This document shows positions 1 through 7,900 of a stretch of DNA of 46,468 bases, in pieces (the first letter of the stretch is position 1; each line of letters starts with the position of its first letter). The stretch is from assembly GCA_013791745.1 (NCBI GenBank), contig VMTH01000153.1:1-46468 (forward strand). The letters are read 5' to 3'. The DNA comes from Candidatus Omnitrophota bacterium (lineage in GTDB: Bacteria > CG03). The position numbers and the translations under genes were made by a program. A model generated the notes under the pieces. The model was not told the DNA's origin, ran no database searches, and saw nothing but the letters and a program-made list of their open reading frames with translations.

Positions 1-1
1 G

Positions 2-256
2 AGTAAAGGAAAAAGGAATATTGATATTCTGGGCCAGATAAAAAATACAGGTTCCGAAACATGGCGATCGGTGAAAGTGGAAGCCGAATATTTTGATAAA
101 CAGAATACATTCGTAGATACAAAATCAGACTACATCAGCGGCGCGGTTCCGGCGGGTGAGGAAAGGAATTTTAAAATCAGTTTCTATGGCGCCAGTGAAG
201 ACCCGCGCTATGACCATTACACTGTAAAAATAGTCAGCGCCCGAGCCGACCGGTAA
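2..256 (+). CDS. C-terminal fragment of a hypothetical protein (5' end lies outside the window)
   Basis: The frame of the listed 71..256 ORF stays open back to nt 2 (..SKGKRNIDILGQIKNTGSETWRS..), so the listed GTG is probably internal. TAA stop at 254-256. No recognisable motif. Confidence 0.4.
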   Translation, partial: SKGKRNIDILGQIKNTGSETWRSVKVEAEYFDKQNTFVDTKSDYISGAVPAGEERNFKISFYGASEDPRYDHYTVKIVSARADR

Positions 257-399
257 AAATAAGCCTCTACGGCAGAGGGAAGTAAGCGGTTTCTGTTCCC
301 GGAACCGGCGTTACTCTGTTGTAAAAGAAGATCTATTTTTTCCTGAAGCTGAGCCCCGTCGCGCCGGATCCTTCAGCGGTTCCGCGCTCGCTCGCCCGC

Positions 400-870
400 T
401 TATTTTTGCAGCGCGTTTTTGTTCAGTCGGAATATGACCGGCACTTCGTCGCAGTCCGGGAACAGCGGGCAGTTTATGCAGTCCTTCCACACTTTCTGAG
501 GCAGTTTGTTTTTCGCCACCCGTTTAAAGCCGAGGCGTTTAAAAAAGGCCGCCTCTCTGGTAAGAGCGAAAACATTGGGTATGTTGAGGTTGCCGGCATC
601 TTCAAGGGTTTTCTGAACCAGTTTCCGGCCTATGCCTTTTTTTCTGTGGCGGGCGTCAACAACAAGGGAGCGGACCTCGGCCATATCCTCCCAGACGATG
701 TGCAGCGCGACAATGCCGACTATTTTGCCCTTTACGCGGTAAACGAAAAATTCCCTGATGCGCTCATAGATGTCAACGAGCGACCTCGGCAGCACAACGC
801 TTTTTGCTGCGTTTTTTCTGATTATCTCATAAACCTGCTTTGCATCCTGGACATTGGCCCTTGTTATCAT
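400..870 (-). CDS. GNAT-family N-acetyltransferase (ArgA-like amino-acid N-acetyltransferase type)
   Basis: Acetyl-CoA motif R-x-x-G-x-G (HRKKGIGRKLV) and the C-terminal LPQKVWKDCINCPLFPDCDE typical of short ArgA-like GNATs. I prefer the start at MITRANV (nt 870), which forms an ATGA overlap with the nadK stop. The listed N-terminal extension to 987 overlaps nadK. Confidence 0.75.
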   Translation of the reverse strand: MITRANVQDAKQVYEIIRKNAAKSVVLPRSLVDIYERIREFFVYRVKGKIVGIVALHIVWEDMAEVRSLVVDARHRKKGIGRKLVQKTLEDAGNLNIPNVFALTREAAFFKRLGFKRVAKNKLPQKVWKDCINCPLFPDCDEVPVIFRLNKNALQK

Positions 871-1586
871 CTTTTGCCTCCTGTTTTTGCTGTTTCGGGA
901 AATATTATTCGGCACATGGCTGTTTTGCGGCTTATTTTTGTCAGCGGTAAAGCGGGTTTGATCAGACAGCCGTCGGCTATTTCCCACACATCTCCCTGTT
1001 TGTTCAGTATCTCCACGGTTATGGTATGGTTTTGTCCGATAATGATTCCTTTTCCATCGCCGCGAAAGGGCAAAAGGGGTGTTATGGCCGTTTTTTTTGA
1101 TTCCAGGGCGAGCGCCTTTCCTCCGGCTGCCTTGTTGTAGGCAGTTGAACCTATTGGCGTGGCTACAATGACCCCGTCACCCTCGGAGCTTATGCTTTTT
1201 TTACCGGCAGTTACCCTATATTTCATGGTGCGGGCCACTTTGCCCGTTTTAATAACGATGTCGTTGAAAGCTATCATTGAGCTTTGAAGATAAGGAGGAC
1301 GGTATTTTAGTGTTTTCAGCGTGTTTGTTATTATTCCGGGCGTGTCGCCGATCCTGAACCCGCCCGTGTGAGTGTTTTCTCCCATGGGGAAAAAATAGAC
1401 AGACACTCTTTTTGAGCGGACTTCGCGAAGAGTTTTTAAAAGCCAGCCGTCGCCGCCGAGCACAAAAGCTGTGTCAAATTCCGAGCGTGATACGCTTATC
1501 CCCGACTTTTTCAGAATTTTCCTCAGATCGATGAGATTTTTTCTGACTTTTTCTCTGCCCGTGTTGGCAAAAATCGCTATTTTCAT
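867..1586 (-). CDS. nadK: NAD+ kinase
   Basis: GGDG motif (VLGGDGWLLKTL) and the conserved ATPIGSTAYNKAAGG block. ATGA overlaps at both ends. Confidence 0.9.
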   Translation of the reverse strand: MKIAIFANTGREKVRKNLIDLRKILKKSGISVSRSEFDTAFVLGGDGWLLKTLREVRSKRVSVYFFPMGENTHTGGFRIGDTPGIITNTLKTLKYRPPYLQSSMIAFNDIVIKTGKVARTMKYRVTAGKKSISSEGDGVIVATPIGSTAYNKAAGGKALALESKKTAITPLLPFRGDGKGIIIGQNHTITVEILNKQGDVWEIADGCLIKPALPLTKISRKTAMCRIIFPETAKTGGKR

Positions 1587-2767
1587 TTCACGCGTTCGTC
1601 AACAAGGGTATTTTTAACAGAAGACATGCTGTTGGACTGTAAAACCGCGCTGCTGCGGTTCATAAGTTTAATGGCGGTATCGCAAGCGCTGAAGCTGTTG
1701 GATGTTATGCGGCCGCGGGAAAGCTCTGAAAGGCGTATTCCCTCTTTACCGCTTATTGTGTTGTTGCTGATGGTGCCGGAGGCGCTGTCACGCAGGATGA
1801 CCGCAGTATCGTTGCCTGTAAAGACATTATCGTGTATGACGCTCCGCGAGGAGCCGGCGGCCGAAACGGCGGCCCCGTTGGATCTCAGCGCGCTGTTTTT
1901 TATCGTGCCCGCACCCTCATCCTGAAAAAAAACGCCGCTGACATTTTTCATGATCCTGCTGCCGTCGATTACAATAGAGGCTTTTGACCAGGCGGATATT
2001 CCGGCGCCGTTGCCGAGAATGGAACATGACAGTATCTTCGCTCTGGAAATGCCGCCCGCGGCTATGCCGGCGTTGTTGCCCTCAATTCTGCAGCCCGTGA
2101 TAACAGGCGCGGAATTCCCCTCGCAGAATATGCCCGCCATTTTGGAGAAAAGCACCGATGAGCTGGATATTTCAGGCGCGGCGAAATCCGCCACGCCTAT
2201 GGCGTGCCGGCAGTTCTCAAAAACGCAGTCTGTTATTTTCCCGCCCGCGAGATCCCAGTATCCTATGGCGGCGAGTTCCGCGTCGCGGAAGGAGCTGCCG
2301 GTTATGGCGGGCTTGTTTTCTCCGTAAACCCGCACAGGCACATCTCCGCCTGTGAATTCCGCGTGAGAGATCTCCGAGGGGTTATTTCCGAGGAGCACGA
2401 TGCCGCCGAAGGAGGGCGAGCCTATGAACCTCACCGGTTTTGCGGCCGTGCCGCGGATATTGAGTTTGCCCTCTACAAGTATCTCTATTTTGTCGTTCTG
2501 GAGAATGTTGAAGGGGCCCGCTGCCTCTTCGCGTATATAACGCACCTGCTTATCGGCTTTGCCGGCGTAATAAATAATGGTTCCCGCCTCCACTGTCAGC
2601 GCTGCTCTTCTCTCCACAACAACATCCCCGGTGAGTTTCACCCTGCCTTTCCAGACGGTGTCAGAGGCGATCGATCCCGACTGCCGGCGGCGGCATGATC
2701 CGAAGGCGGCGCTTACGGCGATTCCCGCGGCGGCAAGGATCAAAAACACGTAAATTGTTTTTTTCAT
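1583..2767 (-). CDS. Secreted right-handed parallel beta-helix repeat protein (NosD/CASH-like)
   Basis: N-terminal signal/anchor (MKKTIYVFLILAAAGIAVSAA). Then many about 22-aa G/N/A/I-rich repeats (..GNNAGIAAGG.., ..GNGAGISAW.., ..SNGAAVSAAG.., ..GNDTAVIL..) typical of pectin-lyase-fold proteins. Confidence 0.7.
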   Translation of the reverse strand: MKKTIYVFLILAAAGIAVSAAFGSCRRRQSGSIASDTVWKGRVKLTGDVVVERRAALTVEAGTIIYYAGKADKQVRYIREEAAGPFNILQNDKIEILVEGKLNIRGTAAKPVRFIGSPSFGGIVLLGNNPSEISHAEFTGGDVPVRVYGENKPAITGSSFRDAELAAIGYWDLAGGKITDCVFENCRHAIGVADFAAPEISSSSVLFSKMAGIFCEGNSAPVITGCRIEGNNAGIAAGGISRAKILSCSILGNGAGISAWSKASIVIDGSRIMKNVSGVFFQDEGAGTIKNSALRSNGAAVSAAGSSRSVIHDNVFTGNDTAVILRDSASGTISNNTISGKEGIRLSELSRGRITSNSFSACDTAIKLMNRSSAVLQSNSMSSVKNTLVDERVK

Positions 2768-2861
2768 AGCTTTGATTTTAATACTTTTTGAACCTATTGT
2801 AAACGATTAGGGGCTGGCAAAATCTGGCACGCGTTTATGTGTTCTGGCTGAAAATTCGCAG

Positions 2862-3314
2862 TTACTCTATAGGTTCATACGTAACTACAAATTTTTTTGC
2901 CGCCCCGTCTTTGCTATATTCGAGAGTTACCACGGTGCGCCTTTTTTTCTGTATATCAAAATACAGATAATCCGGCTGGCGCAGCGCTTCGTCCATACTC
3001 CATGTTTTCAAAGATTCATGATAAATATATCTTTCCACCCTTAACAAATGCCGGTCCTCTATCAGCTTGGCCTCAAATTTTTTTTTCTGAGAACGTAATG
3101 CCACATTAGTGGAGCCGCTGTATTTTTTATCTATAAATATTTTGTAATAATTCTGAGTATCGGTCTCCGCCGATACGATCTCGTTGTCATAACTTACAAA
3201 CTTGAAATTACTGCTGTCTGTATTTTTTTTCTCCTCAAAATCCTTTTGCGGCGGCACGCTCGCGCAGGCGAACAAAAACACTGACATCGAAAGTAAAGTT
3301 AATTTTTTTAGCAT
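2862..3314 (-). CDS. Small lipoprotein, function unknown
   Basis: Signal peptide with lipobox (LLSMSVFLFAC). 16-nt gap to the upstream PPC-domain gene. No other motif. Confidence 0.6.
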   Translation of the reverse strand: MLKKLTLLSMSVFLFACASVPPQKDFEEKKNTDSSNFKFVSYDNEIVSAETDTQNYYKIFIDKKYSGSTNVALRSQKKKFEAKLIEDRHLLRVERYIYHESLKTWSMDEALRQPDYLYFDIQKKRRTVVTLEYSKDGAAKKFVVTYEPIE

Positions 3315-3330
3315 AATAGCGCCTCCTATT

Positions 3331-4932
3331 TCAATTCTGTGAAACCGTTAATACATACTCATCTCTCACATTGCTCTCTCGTGAATCCGCTCCCCTGAGT
3401 TTTAGAATGCAGTCTTCCCCTGCAGGAAGTTTAAATACTCCCTCAAGCATCTTGCCCGGATTTTCCGAAGTCAAAATTTTGGATTGGCCATCGGGATAAA
3501 GCATTTCCATTACAATTCTGATTCCGGGAACGCCTGTTACCGAGCATTTAAGTGAAACCTCTGAATAAACATTCAGCTTGAAGCAGTCGACGTCCTCTCT
3601 TGGGGCAAGATAACCCGCGATTTTACTGCCCACCTCCAATAATTCGGCGTCTGCTTCCTTATTATTGGGTTCAAATTCCTTTCCCTTGTCATACGGATTG
3701 AACGTGATAGTGGTTTTATAGGGATCTCTTGCATTTGAATTCTTGCCGGAATCATCTGCGATCACCAGATAATAAGTTTTATCCGGGATAATACCCATAT
3801 TGCTAATCGTTTCAGTTGCTTCCTTACCCATATTGTTTATGGTTTTCAGGACATCTCCCATCTCGTCACATATTTTCATTACAATATCTAAATTTTCCGC
3901 GCTTTCGGTTTTAACATGCATGATATGCTTACGACCCGTTAGCCGTATCTTATACCAATCCTGATCCCCCGCCGGATTTATATATCCCGAAATCAGATTG
4001 CCCGGATCGCCGATGACTTTTGTCGAGATTTCAGACGCTATACTTCTGTTGTCATTAGGCTCCCTTTCGCTATTACCGGCATAGGACCTGAAATTAGTCC
4101 GCAATGTATATGGCACGGTGAAACTGCCTGAATTATTTTTAGCTTTTATCAGCAGGGTATAGTAAGCGGGGCCTTTCACGCCGAGATAATGATAACTTTC
4201 GCCCTGCCCATCGCCGTAATTGTCTATTTCAACCAGCTTATAATCATTTTCGTCATATACGCTCATCGCACTGTCTACAAACGGTACGCCCGAAATATCA
4301 AAATCCAATATAGAATCGCCTTTCGCGACCTCAATGCGATACCAGTCTTCTTCATCACTGTAGTTGCCGCCAATATTCCATATTTTTTGAGGATTAAAAA
4401 ATCCGGTTATTTCCATATTTAACTTCAGACTCGCGGCTTTTACCTTTTTATCGTTCGGTTCCCGTTCGATATTCGCTTTGTCTTGGATTTCCAATATCAC
4501 CGTATAGCCACTCGTTGATTTGATGACGGCGCTGGCGCTGAAAAGACCCTGGAACCGCAAAAAATAAATATCGCCTTCTTTTACCCCCAGATTCATTAGA
4601 TTTTCTTTTTCTCCCGCCGGCGAATCGTTAATCCCTTTTATAAAATCATATTTTGCGTTAAACACCATGAATCCCATATCTATGCCCGTAGCGGGAGCCA
4701 GAGTGATTGACAAATTCTTTTCAGTATTTTCTTCGTCCTTGGAAGTTTTGGGAATCGTGACTTTATAAATATCCACATCATTTTTGTCTTTCAGGAATCC
4801 GATGATTTCGGTTTTTTGCTTCGCTTTAATTTCGGTGGCATGGTTAAAATCGTCATTGGGTTCCGTTTCTGCTATTCTGGCCACTGAACATGAACACAAT
4901 ACCAGTAAACAGGCTAATAAAATTTTTTTCAT
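3331..4932 (-). CDS. Lipoprotein built from four tandem pre-peptidase C-terminal (PPC)-like domains, with no catalytic domain
   Basis: Lipobox LLVLCSC. Four repeats each open with E(P/T)EPN(D/N)xxxxA and carry D-x-D/W-Y/F-K/R. The pairs are EPNDDFNHATEI..DVDIYKV, REPNDKKVKAASL..EEDWYRIEV, EREPNDNRSIASEI..DQDWYKIRL and EFEPNNKEADAELL..DVDCFKLNV. Confidence 0.65.
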   Translation of the reverse strand: MKKILLACLLVLCSCSVARIAETEPNDDFNHATEIKAKQKTEIIGFLKDKNDVDIYKVTIPKTSKDEENTEKNLSITLAPATGIDMGFMVFNAKYDFIKGINDSPAGEKENLMNLGVKEGDIYFLRFQGLFSASAVIKSTSGYTVILEIQDKANIEREPNDKKVKAASLKLNMEITGFFNPQKIWNIGGNYSDEEDWYRIEVAKGDSILDFDISGVPFVDSAMSVYDENDYKLVEIDNYGDGQGESYHYLGVKGPAYYTLLIKAKNNSGSFTVPYTLRTNFRSYAGNSEREPNDNRSIASEISTKVIGDPGNLISGYINPAGDQDWYKIRLTGRKHIMHVKTESAENLDIVMKICDEMGDVLKTINNMGKEATETISNMGIIPDKTYYLVIADDSGKNSNARDPYKTTITFNPYDKGKEFEPNNKEADAELLEVGSKIAGYLAPREDVDCFKLNVYSEVSLKCSVTGVPGIRIVMEMLYPDGQSKILTSENPGKMLEGVFKLPAGEDCILKLRGADSRESNVRDEYVLTVSQN

Positions 4933-4950
4933 CTCGGATCCTCCTAAATG

Positions 4951-7900
4951 TTATCTAAACTTCAGCGGATATTCACCAAATATTAAAGGATATTTATCAT
5001 CAAACGGGCACTCTTTCGACGGTTTTACCAGTAAATAATCTTTAGCATAGGCCAGCCTGTTTTTGTTTTTCACAAAATAATCCCGCTCTCCCTGCAGATT
5101 AAAAACGCCTGTTCCATAAAGAACATACAAACTTTCCGCGCAAGCATCGGAAGCCGGAGCGATGAACACATTCTTCAGCTCATTTGCGCCGCCTAAAGCG
5201 TAAACATATTCCTCAAAACTATTGGGCTTTTGCCGGTTTAATTTCAAGATATACAGCGCTCCTCTTTTTACGCACCCTATGTTATCAATTTTTTCACCCG
5301 AAATAAATAGGGCTATCTCATCAATTCGATCGCCGTCTAAGTCCAGCGCCGTTATCCTTTCTATTTTGACCGCTCTGCGTATGCTGTCTGATTTAATTTT
5401 TTTGCCGTTTATATATAAAGCTTCGCCCGCCTTTACGCTCACATAATCGCTTTGCACGGTGCCATCCAAATCGGCCAAACAGCCCAGTTCGTCTTCTGTT
5501 TTAAATTTCAGGTTTACGGAAGACTGATTTAAAATATCACCGGCTGAAGGTATAGCGCCGCCGTAATAAACACACAGCCCTCCGCCAGTAACGGCAATAT
5601 CATCTATCCCGTCGCCGTTAAAATCACCGCTCTGCAGTTTACTGCCCGACAAGCCTGTTTTCTCCGAGCTTGTGAGGTAGACATCGGGATAGGTGGCGTT
5701 GAAAGACCAGTCTCCCGTTATCCTGGTACCGCCGTATATGCCGCACAATTTGTCCGCCTGAGCTTTATCATCGTAAACAATTGTGAAAAATATATCTTCA
5801 ATGCCGTCGCCGTTGAAATCTCCCGCGCACAAAGCGCCTATTTTCGCCGTATCATTTTGTTCGGGGACGATTTTTACGCTGTTGGCGTCATCAAAATGGA
5901 AGTCCCCGCGGTTGTGTAGGGTACGGCCGTATATGATTTTCAATCCGTCTTCGGCCGCATAAACGAGATCGTTTTTGTTATCGTTATCCGCGTCCACAAA
6001 AGCAAAACCCGCATCTGAGATATTTATCCCCTTTAATCTGTTGATATTATTGCCCTCTGATCGGTGCAGGGAATACATGGCTGTCGAAGAGTTCTCAGGT
6101 GTATATGTCACGCGGCTGCTCTTTCTATCCACAAAAAGATTTTTTGCGAGGGTAAGAATGAGTTTGGCGGCTAAATCGCTCCGGCTAACGGCCAAATCGT
6201 TCCCGCTCAAACTTTGAAACCAGTTACGCATTTCCTTCATATCGCCAGCCCGCATCGTTCCCGGGTGGGTCATGGCAGGCAATGCCTCTTCATAGGAACG
6301 CTCAAGCTCACCCATCTTAAAATAAAGGTATGCTCTATTCAGAGAGATGTGCACGGAAGTATAAGAGTCTTGTTGCAGTTCTTTTAAGTATTGTTCCGCG
6401 GTCGCGTATTTGCCGAGCTTGATATACGCCGCCGCTATATTATTTTTTATAATCGTTTTCTTGTTATCCGGTGCTTTATCGAGCATTTTTTTGAAACCCC
6501 GCAGAGCGCTTTTGTATTTACCTTTTTCGTATTTGCTAAGAGCTGTTATAAATTCGTTGCTAAGAGCGATCTCCTGATTTTGCTCTTTGCTTCTTGTGGT
6601 ATCAGTCTTGTGTTTAACGGAAAGTTCCTGATGTGCCGCGGGCGTTCGCAGGTAGTATCGCTCCAATAAGCGTAAGCTGCGATTAAAATAACCATGATGG
6701 GGGAAATACAGTAATCCTATAATCGTAAAAATCGCTATTCCCGCGGCATTTTTCATCCAATAGCGTTTTGCCGCTTTTCTCGAGGTTCTTATCAGCCATA
6801 GGGCATTCAGTAATATCCCGCCTATGATAACGAAAGGCATTAGCAGCACTATACCTCTCGCAATAAAATAACTTATGCTGTTTGATAAACTTCCCTGTGA
6901 GGTGTGAATAACTATAATGTGCCGGAACAGCGGGAACAGCCTTAAAAGCGGGTTATGTGTTATCAATTCTATTATGGGAAACCGACCGCCATAAAAAATA
7001 AAGCGGAAGCTCGCCATTATCCATACAAATATCAGGCCTGCGCCGAACCAGCCCAACAGGGCGGAGCTAAGTTTTTTCTTGTCTGCCGGAACGGCACTTT
7101 TTTTGATTTTCATCCATTTGTATGCTGCAGACATCGCAAAAATCAATAAAGGCAAACTCACCCACAAAAAAGGAAGCCTTTTGCCGTCGGGGTTAGTTCT
7201 TTTGACCGTTTTGGTTGGGCGTTGTTTTACCGGAGCGGCAGGTTTTACTTCACTCTTGGTCATGGCGGAGTTTGCTGTGCTGGTGTAGAGCTGCCGTATT
7301 TCAGTGGCTGTTAATGCCCTATTGTAGATTACTGTTTCGTCGATGAGACCTTTCCAATTAGATACTGTTCCTGTGGTGGTTCCTGCAATACGTATCTTTG
7401 TACTCCCAATAATAGTGCCTGGCGCAGAAAGCCCACTGCCATACTCAATTCCATTAACGTACAACCTTATAGTTGAACCATCATAAGTAGCAACAAGATA
7501 AGTCCATTGTCCTACGTTTACAGGCGGTCCACCGTAAAGTTTTAAAACACCATTGATATTAGCATAGATTCTATATGTGTGAGTGTTCCAGATGGTGAAC
7601 AAATTAAAACCACCATTATATTTTGTATCTGAAACAACAATTCCTCTATTAACATCCATTACCGCCGGATTAACCCACAAAGAATAGGTTACACTATTTG
7701 TCGGCAATAAATCCGGCTCACTTCCACAATCAACATAATCATTACTACCATCAAAATTCAGCGCTTGACCGTATTTGCCTTCATCCCAACTCGCTCCGTA
7801 TATCGTTCCGTCATTTCCTTTCCCGCTTTTATCGTTCAATATATTCCCCGAACCCTCGTCGAAATTCCAGCGCGCGACAAGACCTTCCGGTTTGGCATCT

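Noticed and set aside
264-278. Short hairpin CCTCT-acggc-AGAGG between the convergent first ORF and the GNAT gene
   Set aside because: The stem is only 5 bp and there is no T-tract on either strand, which is too weak to call a terminator.
406-1140. 244-aa plus-strand ORF
   Set aside because: It lies entirely antisense to the well-supported GNAT and nadK genes. It has no motif and an odd composition. It is a typical shadow ORF of GC-rich coding DNA.
2825-2840. Sigma54-like element TGGCAC-N5-TATGT, within a cluster of CTGGC(A/T) repeats
   Set aside because: It is on the plus strand while both flanking genes are on the minus strand. The -12 element also lacks the conserved GC.
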